Shown: positions 43,201 to 54,623, counted from the stretch's first letter. The stretch is 64,000 bases of DNA from Microcystaceae cyanobacterium (GCA_041746575.1 JBGTGT010000101.1:1-64000), one strand, 5' to 3'. A program made the numbers and translations. Notes: a model not told the origin generated them from the sequence alone.

Positions 43201-46200
43201 GCGCAGTTAAATGCTCAAAGCTTAAAAGCGAAAACCCTACATACGGTCAATATCTATGTTCGTCATTGGCGAGAACCGTTAAAAAACACTTTACAGCCTC
43301 TCCAACAAGCCTATCAATTGGGATTGGAAAATGGAGACTTAGAATATGCAGCCTTGTCGACCTTCAGTTACTGTTTTTATTCTTATGTTTGTGGTAAGCC
43401 GTTAGAAACCGTTCAACAAGAGTTAGAGGATTGTCGAGAAGCCATCGCCAAAATTAGTCAAGAATTTGCCCTACAACGAATTTCACTGTATCAACAGGTG
43501 GTTTTTAATTTAATTAATGAATCGGAATCACCCGATTTATTACAAGGAGATTATTATGATGAAGTTTCGATGTTAGTGGCTTATAAAAGGGCTAACAATC
43601 ACAATGCTATTTTTCATCTTTATTTGAATAAAACGATCTTGAACTATTTGTTTGAAGATTATAATCAAGCGTTAAGAACTTGTCAAATTGCTTTGCCATA
43701 TTTGCAGGGAAACATTGCATCTTTAGTGTTGCCTCTCTTTGCTTTTTATGAATCTTTAGTCATTGTTGGCGTTCTTTCTCAGCAGTCTCTTAAAACTCGC
43801 AAATTCTATTTAAAAAGATTACAACAGAATCAAGCAAAGTTAAAAAATTGGGCTAATTTTTCCCCTAGTAATCATCAACATAAATATTATTTAGTCAAAG
43901 CAGAAAAATATCGCTTATTGGGCAAAATAGAAAAAGCAATTGATTACTATGATAAAGCAATTGAAGCGGCAGATCGCCATCAGTACATTCAAGAGAAAGC
44001 TTTAGCGAATGAACTAGCAGCTAAATTTTATTTAGGACAAAATCGCTGGCGTATTGCTCAAAGTTATATGCTTGAAGCTCAATATAATTATATTAAGTGG
44101 GGGGCAATTTATAAAGCTAAACAACTAGAAAATACTTACCCTGAGTTACTGTCTCTGCAAAAAGAAGCCTGTTTAAAGCTGGCTCAAAAATCGTCTTTTG
44201 CGAGAACGAGCCGTTCAAACAACACAAATACCCTCGATTTACAAACGGTTTTTAAAGCATCTCAAATTTTGGCTGAAGAGATTGTCTTAGATAAATTGTT
44301 AGAAAAGTTAATGAAAGTTGTTTTAGAAAATGCTGGTGCGCAAAAAGGGTTTTTAATTTTAGAAAAAGGAGGCAAGCTATTAATTGAAGCCTCAGGAACA
44401 ATTGATCCTTTCGCGATTGCTGTTCGTCAATCTCTGCCGCTCAAATCAGTTGCAGGTTTATCTTTTTCTATTATTAACTATGTCAAACGAACTCAGAAAA
44501 CGCTAGTGTTGGGGGATACAACGCCAGAAATTTTTTCAAGTACTGCTCCTATTATTCCCGAATCTACGGCAAAATCTTTGTTATGTACACCCATTCTTAA
44601 ACAAGGCGAACTCATCGGTCTTTTATATTTAGAAAATAATCTAACAACACGTGCCTTTACACCCGATAGAATAGAAGTTTTAGAGATTCTTTCGACACAA
44701 ATTGCGATTTCTTTAGAGAACGCCTCTTATTATGAAAAAATGGCGAATTTGAATCAGTCTTTAACTCAAGAAATTACTGTTCGACGAGCCGCAGAAAACC
44801 GCTTACGCGAAAGTGAAGAACGCTTTCGGATTATTGCAGAAACATCTCCTGTTCCCATTTTAATTGCTCGCTTGGATGATGGAGAGATGGTTTACGTAAA
44901 TCAAGCGTGTAGTTCACTGGTAGAATGGCCAATTGAATCTTTATTAGGGCAGAAATCGGCAGATTTTTATGTGAATCCTCAAGAACGAGAGCATTATATT
45001 CAGCAAATGCTAACAGAAGGAAAAGTTGATAATTATGAGATTTTAGTTAAAAAGAAGGATGGAACTCCTTTTTGGATTAGTAGCTCATCGCGTCCGATTC
45101 TATTTAACGGGGAAACGATGTTATTAACGGCCTTCTTCGATTTAACGGAAAGAAAGCGTATTGAGCAATTTCAAGCCAATTATAGCCTCAAATTAGAGAA
45201 AGACGTCCAAGAACGCACTAAAGAACTGAGTCACACTCTAGAAGTCTTAAAAGCGACGCAAGCGGAATTAGTCTTTGAAAATTCCCTTCTTCGAGAAACA
45301 GAACAAGTGATCGCCTATAATTATCAAGTGGGGGGAAGTCTGCCGTTGGATGCGCCGACTTATGTGGTTCGTTCTGCTGACCGAGAGCTTTATAAAGCGT
45401 TAAAATTAGGAGAATTTTGCTATATTCTTAATCCTCGGCAGATGGGAAAGTCTAGTTTGCGGGTACAAATGATGAGACGCTTACAATTAGAAGGATACCT
45501 CTGCGCGGCGGTGGATTTATCGGCGATTGGCAACCGTCAGATTACCCTCGAACAATGGTACGCTGGCTTTGTCTATTCGTTAGTGAGTCAGTTTTCAGTC
45601 ATGGATCCAGTAGAATTAAGGACTTGGTGGCAAGAAAATATGTTCATTTCCCCTGTACAGCGTTTAGGAGAGTTTATTCAGACAATTTTGTTGGCGAGAA
45701 TTCCTGAAAAGCTGGTGATTTTTATTGATGAAATTGATAGTGTGTTAAATTTAGACATTGAACTGGATGATTTTTTCATTTTATTACGTAATTGTTTTAA
45801 TAAAAGAGCAGATAATGCTGAATATAAACGATTATCTTTTGTTTTTTTGGGTGTTGCGACGCCCTCTCAATTATTACAAGATAAAACCCGTACTCCCTTC
45901 AATATCGGTACGTTTATTCAACTAAGAGGATTTCAAGTCCATGAAGCACAACCCTTAATTCAAGGATTAAAAGAGAAAGTAAGCAATCCGCAGGCATTCT
46001 TAAAGGAAATTATTGACTGGACTCATGGACAACCCTTTTTGACTCAAAAAATCTGTCAGTTACTGCGAAATTCTAAAGAAACTATCCCTCTCAATCAAGA
46101 AGCAGACTGGGTTAGACAATTAGTGGAAACCCGCATTATTGAAAATTGGGAAAGTCAGGACGAACCTGAACACCTGAAAACGATTAGAGACCGTTTATTA

Positions 46201-46410
46201 GCGAATTATTCTAAGTTACCTCATTTATTTGATTTATATCGTCAAATTTATCAAACAGATGCCGTAATCGCTAACGATAGTCTAGAAGAACGAGAATTAA
46301 TCCTCTCTGGACTAATTGTTAAAGAACAGGGCAAACTTAAGGTTTACAATCCTATTTATCGCCGAATTTTTACGGACTCTTGGCTCAATTCTCTCCTTGA
46401 TAACTCGTAA
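40258..46410 (+). CDS. Multidomain Ser/Thr kinase - P-loop ATPase - GAF - PAS - AAA_35-like NTPase protein
   Basis: [11 protein letters not shown] and GTLYYISPE kinase motifs; GYSGVGKS and FLDDLQW; GAF (LYLENN); PAS (SEERFR...KKDGTPFW); C-terminal YQVGGSL...PRQMGKSSL...FIDEIDS. Confidence 0.88.
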   Translation: MITLSGYQLLHKLYESDQSLIYRGYRQSDRQPMIFKILKQEYPSPTELTRYQQEYEITRRLEVDSAIHTYGLEKYKNTLIILLEDFGGESLSHLIKHRSFSLEDILKIAIKVTEGLAQIHEMNIIHKDINPANIIVNLEKEQVKIIDFGISTALPKENPILQSPNVLEGTLYYISPEQTGRMNCALDYRTDFYSLGATLYELLTSRPPFISNDEMELIHCHLARIPIAPHQIDPLIPPILSEITLKLLAKRADERYQSAWGIKADLEISLEQLQEQNQIVSFPLALKDHSHRFQLPQKLYGREAEIQTLLAAFDRVCNQVPSQSEIVLISGYSGVGKSALVREIYQPLTKARGFFIAGKFDQYQRDIPYSAIILAFQDLISQLLTEKENKLTIWRRKLKAALGNNGQVMIEVIPDIELIIGSQLSIPVLPPTEAQNRFNFVFERFIQVFTQPDHPLVIFLDDLQWSDPASLQLLQRLIKGENSQSLLLIGAYRDREINLTHPLHFTLEVIQKSQVRMTLIALNSLNLSDINQLIGDGFKCSEENAESLAQLILEKTNGNPFFVNEFLRSLYEKNLLYFNHQQENWQWNLEEIKAQAISENVVDLMTQKISTLDRDIQTVLKNAACIGNQFDLKTLALLIDQSFSRTAQLLTSAMTEGLIVPLNDQYKLIQSEVSGNQTDLKVKYRFSHDRIQQAAYSLMNPAEKPLIHRQVGQLLLEKIPVDQREKRIFDIINQLNMVIPQITSDAERKDLAALNLIAGKRAKASAAYQSAYQYFTIGRELLTLTGWQFHYHLMLEICTETVEVAYLNGDFWAMENLAEEVLQKALTLLDKIKVYEVKITAYKTQSQSLEAIKLAISVLEELGLKIPQNPQRIHVILSYYQTKWMLLRTGQSVQALSQLPPLKDTGLQAAMRIMAGLLAVTYFASPKLMSILICRMVQISIEHGLSPVFPLAYAAYGGLLCGNFNDIKTGYQFGELAIKLLAQLNAQSLKAKTLHTVNIYVRHWREPLKNTLQPLQQAYQLGLENGDLEYAALSTFSYCFYSYVCGKPLETVQQELEDCREAIAKISQEFALQRISLYQQVVFNLINESESPDLLQGDYYDEVSMLVAYKRANNHNAIFHLYLNKTILNYLFEDYNQALRTCQIALPYLQGNIASLVLPLFAFYESLVIVGVLSQQSLKTRKFYLKRLQQNQAKLKNWANFSPSNHQHKYYLVKAEKYRLLGKIEKAIDYYDKAIEAADRHQYIQEKALANELAAKFYLGQNRWRIAQSYMLEAQYNYIKWGAIYKAKQLENTYPELLSLQKEACLKLAQKSSFARTSRSNNTNTLDLQTVFKASQILAEEIVLDKLLEKLMKVVLENAGAQKGFLILEKGGKLLIEASGTIDPFAIAVRQSLPLKSVAGLSFSIINYVKRTQKTLVLGDTTPEIFSSTAPIIPESTAKSLLCTPILKQGELIGLLYLENNLTTRAFTPDRIEVLEILSTQIAISLENASYYEKMANLNQSLTQEITVRRAAENRLRESEERFRIIAETSPVPILIARLDDGEMVYVNQACSSLVEWPIESLLGQKSADFYVNPQEREHYIQQMLTEGKVDNYEILVKKKDGTPFWISSSSRPILFNGETMLLTAFFDLTERKRIEQFQANYSLKLEKDVQERTKELSHTLEVLKATQAELVFENSLLRETEQVIAYNYQVGGSLPLDAPTYVVRSADRELYKALKLGEFCYILNPRQMGKSSLRVQMMRRLQLEGYLCAAVDLSAIGNRQITLEQWYAGFVYSLVSQFSVMDPVELRTWWQENMFISPVQRLGEFIQTILLARIPEKLVIFIDEIDSVLNLDIELDDFFILLRNCFNKRADNAEYKRLSFVFLGVATPSQLLQDKTRTPFNIGTFIQLRGFQVHEAQPLIQGLKEKVSNPQAFLKEIIDWTHGQPFLTQKICQLLRNSKETIPLNQEADWVRQLVETRIIENWESQDEPEHLKTIRDRLLANYSKLPHLFDLYRQIYQTDAVIANDSLEERELILSGLIVKEQGKLKVYNPIYRRIFTDSWLNSLLDNS

Positions 46411-46486
46411 ATCGTCATCCATTTTATAATTAATATTTGATCAATCTAAAAATTCTTTTTTTCTAATTGATTATCCGTTTACTTTA

Positions 46487-47020
46487 ATGCCTAAAATTCT
46501 ATTAACCTCTTTTCAACCTTGGTTATCTCATCATTGTTCTAATAGCTCTGATGATTTATTAGAAAAATTGGAAAATCAACAGCTTAATGACCTTTCTCTT
46601 CTTTTCTTACGTCAACTTCCAGTGAACATCTCTCAAGCTCACCAAAGGGTTTTAGTTGCTTTAGAATGTCATCAACCCCATGGTGTTATCTGTTGTGGAA
46701 TGGCCGAAAAACGCACTCACTTGAGTATCGAATCTTGTGCCATTTGGGAATCTAAAAAAGTACAAACTTCGGTCAATTTATCTCAATTAATGCTATCATT
46801 ATGTCACACCCACTTGAGTCATGATGCCGGTAAATTTGTCTGTGAAGGACTTTATTATCATGTCTTGAAATATTGTCAGTCTCTTAGCCCCTCTCTGCCG
46901 TGCTTATTTGTTCATGTTCCTTTATTTACACCATCCAATACGTCTCAAATTTTAGGGGATTTTTGTTTAATTTTAGAACACTTTAAAGCTTCTCAATGTC
47001 TAAAGGATTATTTTGCCTAA
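46487..47020 (+). CDS. pcp: Pyroglutamyl-peptidase I family (C15)
   Basis: ILLTSFQPW, NSS, CCGMAE..IE, SHDAGKFVC and FVHVP motifs. Confidence 0.8.
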   Translation: MPKILLTSFQPWLSHHCSNSSDDLLEKLENQQLNDLSLLFLRQLPVNISQAHQRVLVALECHQPHGVICCGMAEKRTHLSIESCAIWESKKVQTSVNLSQLMLSLCHTHLSHDAGKFVCEGLYYHVLKYCQSLSPSLPCLFVHVPLFTPSNTSQILGDFCLILEHFKASQCLKDYFA

Positions 47021-49226
47021 CAAAATCTAACAAAATTTTTCGTTCTGCTGTTGCGATCGCTTGATAAACCCCTTCTACACTGGCAGATTCAACAGAAATA
47101 GCATCAATCCCCCAACGGATAAATTTTTCAATTAAATCGGGAGAATGAACGGGTAATTGTCCACAAATTGAACAGGGAATTTGATGTTTTTTGGCTTGCT
47201 TAATTATTTGTTCTAATGCCTTCATTAATGCGGGATGGTGACTAATTTTCGGGTCGCTTTCCCAAGACGTTTCTCGATTAATTCCTAACAAAAATTGGGT
47301 TAAATCATTTGTCCCTATGGCTATTCCTTGAAGCCCTGCTTGAATATAATCCTCTAATAAGAAAATCGCTGAAGGAACTTCTGCCATAATCCATAACTGA
47401 AAGGTTTCTATTTGATCTAAACCTACCTTTTTTACCCAATTTTGACAAAAACAAAACTCCTCAACTCCCCGCACCAAAGGTAAAATTAAATGGATCTGAT
47501 GATACCCTCGAGCTTGCCAGTATCGTAATGCCTGTAATTCAATCTCGAAAAAACGAGAATCTACTAAATAAGCAGAGGTTCCTTGACTAAAAGGGAATGA
47601 GTTTTCTTTTTTTAGGTCTAAAGATCGGTAAAAAACGGGACTATCCTTAAAATGCACGACAAATTGCCCAATCAATTCAATTAGATGAGCTTTCAATTGT
47701 TCCGCATGATACGTTAGCCATTGATCCAGCGATTTCTCTTGAAATAAATCGAGTAACATTAATTCTGAGCGAATTAAACCGATTCCATCAATCGGTAGCC
47801 TTTTGATCTCTGTGAGGAAGGTGGGTTGACTCATATTAACCCGTAGCTGAGTGGCAATGACAGGAGACGCAATTGTCTTCTGGATGAAAGCGGGATCAGT
47901 CAATTCTTGTTTCACCCCTTTAAATGGATAAATTTGCCCTTTATTGCCATCAATCGTCATGATATCCCCTGAGTGAAGTCGTTGTCTTGCTGCTTGAACC
48001 CCTACCAGAGCAGGAATTCCGACTTCTCGTGCTAAAATTGCAGCATGACTGGTCATTCCTCCTTCCTCTAATACGATTCCCGCCGCATTCCTAAGCCAAG
48101 TTAACAATTGTGGAGAAATTCGATCTGCTACCAAAATATGCTGAGGAGGAATCGCTTGATAATCATTAGATAAATGATAAATAGGTGCGTTTGCCAGACC
48201 TCTTGAGGCAGAAATCCCTTTTATAACTTTATTGTCCTTTATTTCAATGCTTAAATCGGTGAGATGGACAACAAAAGCGGGATGAAGGCGATGGATAGAG
48301 ATAGAGGAAGAAAGCGTCGTGTCAATGTCGGGAATTGTCCACTCAAACAGAAGAGGTTCATCAGAAAAAGAGGTTAATTTTTGTCCTAATTCACTAAATT
48401 GTTGTAAAAAAAGATCATTTAATACAAAATTCTCTTGCTCAGTTTGAGATAAAACATATCCTTCTAAAAAAGTGGTATGATGGGCAGTTGATAAGCGATA
48501 GCCATAGCGTTTATGACCCAATTTTCGTAAATTTAGACATGAGTGAACCAAATTAAGGTGATATTCATCAGGATCAACTTCTCCTTTTAAAATACTAAGA
48601 TCTTCTCCCCATGTCGCCTTTAGGGTCAAGTGATCGCCCGCTAAATAGGCCGTTCCAGAAGCGATCGCCGGATTAAGGGGATGAACCAAGACAGTAAACG
48701 GAATTTTTTCTAGTTTAATGCCGCTTCGATCGCAAAATAGAAGGCTTTTCGCACTAAATACAGATGACCACACCTTCTTGATCGCCCATTCTAACGATTC
48801 AGGCGAATTTGAGCAAATCTGAGCGGGAAAAATGCCCCCCATATCCTGTGAAGCCATCAGGGATAAAGGGGAAGCTCTAACCATCAAAGTAGAGGATGCC
48901 AAGGTTTGACTTGCTTGCCAACAGTCATCCCACACCAATGATTGAAAAGGCGTTTCCATAATTGCTTGGCGACTTTGCAGGGCAACAAATTGGAGTGAGC
49001 GAGGATTATCTACATCTAAATACAAAGAAGAACTGGGAAAATCAGCTAACAAAGAAGATGTTTTAGCAACTGATGCCAAAAATTCCTGAAAAATTTGATT
49101 ATTAATGACAAATCCCTCGACGACAGGATATCCTCCTCGATAAAGCTGACTAAGGTGGAAAGCCTCATCACCCACCCAAGAACGATCAAGCGTTTCAATC
49201 TGATTGAACCAATAAAGCGTGGTCAC
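46983..49226 (-). CDS. PEP-synthase-like protein (degenerate ATP-grasp + phospho-His swivel + PEP-binding barrel)
   Basis: GGMTSHAAILAREVGIP, DGIGLIRSE, MAEVPS, IGTNDLTQ and ICGQ motifs; GTG start. Confidence 0.8.
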   Translation of the reverse strand: MTTLYWFNQIETLDRSWVGDEAFHLSQLYRGGYPVVEGFVINNQIFQEFLASVAKTSSLLADFPSSSLYLDVDNPRSLQFVALQSRQAIMETPFQSLVWDDCWQASQTLASSTLMVRASPLSLMASQDMGGIFPAQICSNSPESLEWAIKKVWSSVFSAKSLLFCDRSGIKLEKIPFTVLVHPLNPAIASGTAYLAGDHLTLKATWGEDLSILKGEVDPDEYHLNLVHSCLNLRKLGHKRYGYRLSTAHHTTFLEGYVLSQTEQENFVLNDLFLQQFSELGQKLTSFSDEPLLFEWTIPDIDTTLSSSISIHRLHPAFVVHLTDLSIEIKDNKVIKGISASRGLANAPIYHLSNDYQAIPPQHILVADRISPQLLTWLRNAAGIVLEEGGMTSHAAILAREVGIPALVGVQAARQRLHSGDIMTIDGNKGQIYPFKGVKQELTDPAFIQKTIASPVIATQLRVNMSQPTFLTEIKRLPIDGIGLIRSELMLLDLFQEKSLDQWLTYHAEQLKAHLIELIGQFVVHFKDSPVFYRSLDLKKENSFPFSQGTSAYLVDSRFFEIELQALRYWQARGYHQIHLILPLVRGVEEFCFCQNWVKKVGLDQIETFQLWIMAEVPSAIFLLEDYIQAGLQGIAIGTNDLTQFLLGINRETSWESDPKISHHPALMKALEQIIKQAKKHQIPCSICGQLPVHSPDLIEKFIRWGIDAISVESASVEGVYQAIATAERKILLDFVRQNNPLDIEKL

Positions 49227-49494
49227 AGCCTGTAACCTCTAAAGGATGAAAATCTATTAGCAACAAATTCCTTAGACATTAGTTGTGTGTTTATCGTCAA
49301 AAAAGTTGAACGTTTTAAATTTTCCTGTCCTCTTTTCTGACTCCTCATTTTCTCGTCTTGATTGTTCAATTGAGTATGTCCGACGATTTCTCATAGATAG
49401 GGATTGAGCGATGGGACGGAAGGGTTCAACTTTTTTTATCTTAAGCAATTTGTCAATAAGCTGTGATATATCTTAACATCAATTAATTATACTG

Positions 49495-49520
49495 AAAAAA
49501 GACAGACGCAACGCCTGTCT
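49495..49520 (-). terminator. Intrinsic terminator of petC-petA
   Basis: Minus strand AGACAGGCG-TTG-CGTCTGTCT hairpin followed by a T run. Confidence 0.75.
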
Positions 49521-49549
49521 CTCAGAAATTTAACAAACCGCTCAAGATT

Positions 49550-50533
49550 TTAGAAGTTAGCTTCTGCGGCTTGAACCCGTTCGATTTGTTTTTTCTTAAG
49601 AACGAGGAAGATTTGAGCTAACATAATAACCCCTAAGAAGACAACCAGAGCGACAATCCGACGCGGGTCCTGGAGAACCACTTCCGTATCTTTTTGACCA
49701 AATCCGCCAACATTGGGGTTTTTATTCAAGACCTCTCCTGCCGTCACTGCTTGTCCTTCTGTGACAGTCAATTCTAGGCCATTGGGAATGTTATCCACCA
49801 CGTCTCCGTCCTCTGTGGCAAGGGTTATCTGATAACCGCTATCTCCTTGGCTAATTTGGCTGATAGTGCCACTAGCTGAGGCTTTATAAGCATTATTATT
49901 GCTCAGTTCCCCAGTGGGATAGATTTGACCACGACCACGGTTTGCCCCCAAATGAACGGAATATTTACCAAAATGTAAGTTTTTGTCAGTTTTGGGATCG
50001 GGCGAGAGAACCGGAACGACGATTTCTTGATATTGATCCCCCGGTAGCGGTCCTGCAATAATCACGTTCTCTTGATCTTCCCGATAGGGTTGAAAATAAA
50101 CGCCCCCGACTTCTTCGTTTAATTCATCAGAAATGCGTTCGGGGGGTGCAACCTTAAAGCCTTCTGGTAACATTAACACAAAACCCACATTGAGACCCCC
50201 TTTTGAACCATCCCCTAACACCTGTTGACTGTTCGTGTCGTAGGGAATTTTAACCACTGCCTTAAAGACAGAATCGGGTAAAACCGCTTGCGGAATTTCG
50301 ATTTCGGCAGGTTTTTGGGCTAAATGGCAGTTAGCACATACAATGCGCCCAGTGGCTTCACGAGGGGTTTCTGGGGCAGTTTGTTGCGCCCAAAAAGGAT
50401 AGGCGGAGGCAGATTGCGGGAGATACAGATCACTCAAAACCCATAGGGTAACCGTGGCTAAAAACAGTAAGAGTCCTTGGGTAATAACTTGCTGAAAAAT
50501 TCGTCTAATTGCCGTAAAATCAACTTTTTTCAT
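49550..50533 (-). CDS. petA: Apocytochrome f
   Basis: YPFWAQ, CANCH heme motif, GANRGRGQIYP and NPNVGGFGQ; start moved to ATG 50533. Confidence 0.97.
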   Translation of the reverse strand: MKKVDFTAIRRIFQQVITQGLLLFLATVTLWVLSDLYLPQSASAYPFWAQQTAPETPREATGRIVCANCHLAQKPAEIEIPQAVLPDSVFKAVVKIPYDTNSQQVLGDGSKGGLNVGFVLMLPEGFKVAPPERISDELNEEVGGVYFQPYREDQENVIIAGPLPGDQYQEIVVPVLSPDPKTDKNLHFGKYSVHLGANRGRGQIYPTGELSNNNAYKASASGTISQISQGDSGYQITLATEDGDVVDNIPNGLELTVTEGQAVTAGEVLNKNPNVGGFGQKDTEVVLQDPRRIVALVVFLGVIMLAQIFLVLKKKQIERVQAAEANF

Positions 50534-50586
50534 TGTAATGGTCGTAAAAATGGAAACTATGCGCTGAAAATAACAATTGAAAAGGA

Positions 50587-51129
50587 TTAAGCCCACCAAG
50601 GCTTCTCATCCGTCCGAAAATCGGTTTCTGTCCATTGAGTAAAGACCACTTTATCATTCTCATCAACGGTGGTGTGGACAAGGGCTAAAGACAAAGGAGC
50701 AGGCCCACGAACGACTTTACCCGCTGTATTGTATTGAGAACCATGACAAGGACAGATAAATTTATTTTCACTGGCATTCCAAGGGACAACACAACCCAAG
50801 TGGGTACAAACGGCGTTAATGCCATAATTGGCAATGGTGTCATCGCCTTGAATAACGATATAGGTAGGATCTCCCTTTAACCCTTGAGCTAAAACGCGAT
50901 CGCCGGTATTGTGACTGGCTAAAAATTCAGTAGCCACAACATCATTGCCTAACGCATCTTTAGCCGTGATACCGCCTCCTGAACCGCCACTAGAAGGGGG
51001 AATGAAGTATTTAACAACAGGATATAATGCTCCTGCTGCAACGCCGGTAATCGTGCCGAAGGTTAGTAAATTCATGAATTGACGTCGCCCCAGATCGGGG
51101 ACATCAGATGAACCAGAAAGTTGAGCCAT
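50587..51129 (-). CDS. petC: Cytochrome b6f Rieske Fe-S subunit
   Basis: RRQF Tat anchor; CTHLGC and CPCHGS motifs. Confidence 0.97.
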   Translation of the reverse strand: MAQLSGSSDVPDLGRRQFMNLLTFGTITGVAAGALYPVVKYFIPPSSGGSGGGITAKDALGNDVVATEFLASHNTGDRVLAQGLKGDPTYIVIQGDDTIANYGINAVCTHLGCVVPWNASENKFICPCHGSQYNTAGKVVRGPAPLSLALVHTTVDENDKVVFTQWTETDFRTDEKPWWA

Positions 51130-51407
51130 AATAACAATGTCTTGATCAATAACTGAGTGTAATCGCTAGTCTGGTTAACCTCCAGACGAGGCAGCCCCAA
51201 AGCTGAAAAATCGCCATTTGGCTGGTCATAATTATTCAGTTTAGTCCCATAGGGCATCGATCACAACTGCTTCAATGCGTCTAGTCATACCTTATCCACT
51301 TTACTGTGACCTGTTCCCTGTTATGGTTTCCCTTTCCTTTGGAAAATCCCTCAAAGATTCACTATCATAAAGGTGGCACTCATTCATTTTGTTCATTTAA
51401 AAGTCTT

Positions 51408-51803
51408 ATGGAAAAGGTCAAAAAAACAGAAAAAGAGTGGAAAGAGATTTTAACGCCTGAACAATTTCGGGTCGCTCGCAAAAAAGGGACAGAACAAGCA
51501 TTTACAGGTAAATATCACGACAATAAACAAGCAGGGATTTATCAATGCGTTTGCTGTGGTCAAGACCTATTTTCCTCAGAAAGCAAGTATGATTCAGGTA
51601 CAGGATGGCCGAGCTTTTGGCAACCGATTGCTGAAAATCGCATCAAAACCGAAAATGACTTTAGCTTGTTCATGCGTCGCACTGAAGTGTTATGTTCCGC
51701 CTGTGATGCCCACTTAGGTCACATTTTCAACGACGGACCCCCACCCACAGGTCAACGTTACTGCTTAAACTCTGCCGCTTTAGATTTTGCAGAAACGCCT
51801 TAA
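51408..51803 (+). CDS. msrB: Methionine-R-sulfoxide reductase
   Basis: GTE, CVCC, SGTGWPSF, HLGHIFNDGP and RYCLNS motifs. Confidence 0.95.
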   Translation: MEKVKKTEKEWKEILTPEQFRVARKKGTEQAFTGKYHDNKQAGIYQCVCCGQDLFSSESKYDSGTGWPSFWQPIAENRIKTENDFSLFMRRTEVLCSACDAHLGHIFNDGPPPTGQRYCLNSAALDFAETP

Positions 51804-51971
51804 ATAGGGGACTCAGGCACAAAATTTACAGAATAAAAGGGGAGAAAGGCAAACGGCAAAAAAATCGAGCAAAATTTCAATACCCTCAGCAGTGTATTGA
51901 GATCTCCCCTTATTCTGATATGATAAGGGCGCACCAGCTTGCAAAAACGACTTGAGACAACCCGAAAAACC

Positions 51972-52373
51972 GTGTCCACCCTAGAACGCATTGAATCAAT
52001 TAAGGCGGGTATACTGGGAATGAGCAGTTTTACCTTTTGTCATTGCTTTTTTTTAGTTATAAAAGGCCATTTGACCCTATTTTGGTTCTTTTCTCCCGAT
52101 CTGATATTCAAGATTCTCATTGCTTTAATTACGGGGGGATTATTTGGACTGACTTATCGTTACATTATTCGAGGGGAAGATAATACGCATCTCAAGGATG
52201 GGGCAGTCTTAGCTTTTGGTTTAGTGAGGGGTTTAGCTTCCTTGGAATCAACTCCCCATTTTCTGGAAACGTGGCAACAATCGAGCTTAATTCTCGGAGA
52301 AAGCTGTCTATGTTTCTTCATCGCCCGTTTGACTTTAGATTGGGCTTTTATGCAAGGATGGGTTAGTCCTTAA
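51972..52373 (+). CDS. Conserved cyanobacterial membrane protein
   Basis: ERIESIKAG, FGLTYRYIIR and HLKDGAVLAFGLVRGL motifs; GTG start assumed. Confidence 0.7.
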   Translation: MSTLERIESIKAGILGMSSFTFCHCFFLVIKGHLTLFWFFSPDLIFKILIALITGGLFGLTYRYIIRGEDNTHLKDGAVLAFGLVRGLASLESTPHFLETWQQSSLILGESCLCFFIARLTLDWAFMQGWVSP

Positions 52374-52459
52374 TTTTGTCCTTTTCTCTACATCGTTCAG
52401 AATCGTCAGGCAGGTTGCTTGTTAAACTGAAGTCATCCTTTTAAGATTTCGCGCTCCTC

Positions 52460-53032
52460 ATGATGACTTATAATCATTCATCGAATAAAAAGATATTTTC
52501 CGTTTTCTCTGTCTTGATTTTAGGGATAATTTCGTCAGCAGTCGGGTTAACCGTTTCTGCAGAACCAGTAATGACGTTTAGCTCGTCCCCTCGACTCATT
52601 CGTTCTATGACCACCTATCGCAATCCAAGCGTTTTAGCAAACTACCAATTTACCCTTGAAATTCCCTCAGATGCGGGAACTCCTTTGAAAAAAGTCAAAA
52701 TCACGCAACAGTCTAATTTAGAAATCATTCGGTTCTTTCCTGAGCAAACCAAAGCGTTTATCGGCCAAAAATTCATCAATAAAGACGATCAAATCATTCC
52801 AATCGAAAGTGCTATTTTTGAAAAAAATACAGAAAATTCTCTACTGATAACTTTTACTCAAGGATTAGAACCCGGAACGACCCTGACTCTTTCTTTACGC
52901 GGAAAAAACCCTCGATATGGTGGAATTTATCAATTTGGAATTACGGTTTTTCCAGCAGGAAATCAAGCTCAACCGCTTTATCTAGGGGTTGGCCGAATTC
53001 ATTTTTCTCAACCCGGAGGAATGGGGAGTTAA
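52460..53032 (+). CDS. DUF2808 family secreted protein
   Basis: Signal peptide; PRL, YQFTL..P..AG..L, NPRYGGIYQFG and YLGVGR motifs. Confidence 0.75.
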   Translation: MMTYNHSSNKKIFSVFSVLILGIISSAVGLTVSAEPVMTFSSSPRLIRSMTTYRNPSVLANYQFTLEIPSDAGTPLKKVKITQQSNLEIIRFFPEQTKAFIGQKFINKDDQIIPIESAIFEKNTENSLLITFTQGLEPGTTLTLSLRGKNPRYGGIYQFGITVFPAGNQAQPLYLGVGRIHFSQPGGMGS

Positions 53033-53188
53033 AGAAATGCACCCTTAATCCCTAACAAGATTTGAGGTTAATCGTTCAGGGCAAATCTGAGAAAATTCTG
53101 CAACTTTCCGCTTCTTCGTCGAGATCATACTAACCTAAAAAGGGAAAACAATCCTTATCCCTCACTATGATCAGGAGAAATTCTACTT

Positions 53189-53809
53189 ATGTCAGAAGCA
53201 TCTATTATTGAAAATCGAGACTATACGCTGATGATCGACAAAAGCAGTAGTATGGCTATCTCTGATGGAGCAGATGGTAAAACGCGCTGGGAAATTGCTC
53301 AAGAATCTACCCTAGCCCTCGCAAAACAGTGCGAACAAATTGACCCCGATGGCATTACCGTTTATCTGTTTTCAGGACGCTTTAGACGCTACGATAACGT
53401 CACCTCGGATAAGGTCTCCCAAATCTATGCCGAGAATGAACCGATGGGCAAAACCGATTTAGCCACTGTACTACAGGATGGATTAAAAAATTATTTTCAG
53501 CGCAAAGCGACCGGAGAAACTAAAGAAAATGGTGAAACATTTTTGATTATTACTGATGGTGAACCTACCGATCGTAAAGCGGTAATGCGAACCATTATTG
53601 AAGCGACTAATCTGATTGAGCGAGATGAAGAATTAGCAATTTCCTTAATTCAAGTCGGTCGTGACAAGAAAGCGACGGTTTTTTTTAAAGCTCTTGATGA
53701 CGAATTACAACAAGCCGGTGCAAAATTTGATATTGTTGATACCGTAACCGTTGAAGATATGCGAAATATGTCTTTAACTGAAATTTTACTCAAGGCAATT
53801 ACCGACTAA
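53189..53809 (+). CDS. Stand-alone von Willebrand factor A domain protein
   Basis: MIDAS DKSSS; IITDGEP; IQVG; FDIVDT. Confidence 0.88.
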   Translation: MSEASIIENRDYTLMIDKSSSMAISDGADGKTRWEIAQESTLALAKQCEQIDPDGITVYLFSGRFRRYDNVTSDKVSQIYAENEPMGKTDLATVLQDGLKNYFQRKATGETKENGETFLIITDGEPTDRKAVMRTIIEATNLIERDEELAISLIQVGRDKKATVFFKALDDELQQAGAKFDIVDTVTVEDMRNMSLTEILLKAITD

Positions 53810-54218
53810 GTTTAAAGGAAAAAATCAGCCATCAAGGGGAGTTTAGAACCCCTCCCCCTCTAAGCAGAGGGATGATCTATGTCTCCCCGCTCGTCTCCTA
53901 TATTATTGTGAGCCATAAGATTAAGGTTTTCTTAATATAAAAAGTCTGCTTTTGTCCGATTTGCCAAGGGACTAAAACTTATGCTACATTAACCACCAAC
54001 TAAGCGATCGCGTCTGTCAATGATTGAGGTTAAATCCCCTTCTAACAGGTAAAAAACCCTAAAGCCTGATCTCCAATAGACAGGGCTAAACAGTCTTCGC
54101 TTAGGAAAGAAAACAAAGTTAAGGCATCCATTCCTTTGACTTAGAATTTTTTGAGTCAAAAGGCAATCTTCACTTAACCCAATCTTATAAGTCATCTTTC
54201 TACAATACGGAGGACAAA

Positions 54219-54623
54219 ATGCGTCAACTCAAAACCTTTGTAATTATCCTGTTCTGTACTTTATCCTTCACTTTTGTAATCTTTGCTCCTGCCAGTCAAG
54301 CCGACCCTTTTCAAGCAGAGGTTACATTGAGCCAATCCTATTATTTTATGGGATTCTTTGACCGTTTTAAGGCAAAAAGTAAGCAATTAGAAGGACAAGC
54401 TCAAGAAGCAAAAGGAAAGCTCACCAATGATAAAGCAGAGCAACTGAAAGGCAAATCAAAACAGCTTCAAGGAGACACAATGGAAGCGTCCGAAAATACG
54501 GGCGATGCTGTCAAGAAAACGGGCAAAACAGTCGAAAACACGATTGACGAAACCTCTGAAAACCTCTCAGAATCCTTTAACGCCTTAGGGGAAAAACTCC
54601 AAAAAGCGATGGAAGCGCAATAA
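54219..54623 (+). CDS. CsbD/LEA-like stress protein
   Basis: KAKSKQLEGQAQEAKGKLTND...LKGKSKQ motif; GGAG Shine-Dalgarno before ATG 54219; alternative internal start MGFFDR. Confidence 0.7.
   Translation: MRQLKTFVIILFCTLSFTFVIFAPASQADPFQAEVTLSQSYYFMGFFDRFKAKSKQLEGQAQEAKGKLTNDKAEQLKGKSKQLQGDTMEASENTGDAVKKTGKTVENTIDETSENLSESFNALGEKLQKAMEAQ

Noticed and set aside
46983..47020. 38-bp convergent overlap between pcp and the PEP-synthase-like gene
   Set aside because: Short tail-to-tail overlaps are common and carry no evidence of function
53989..54195. 68-aa minus-strand ORF
   Set aside because: No recognisable motif or RBS; lies in the probable promoter region of the CsbD-like gene
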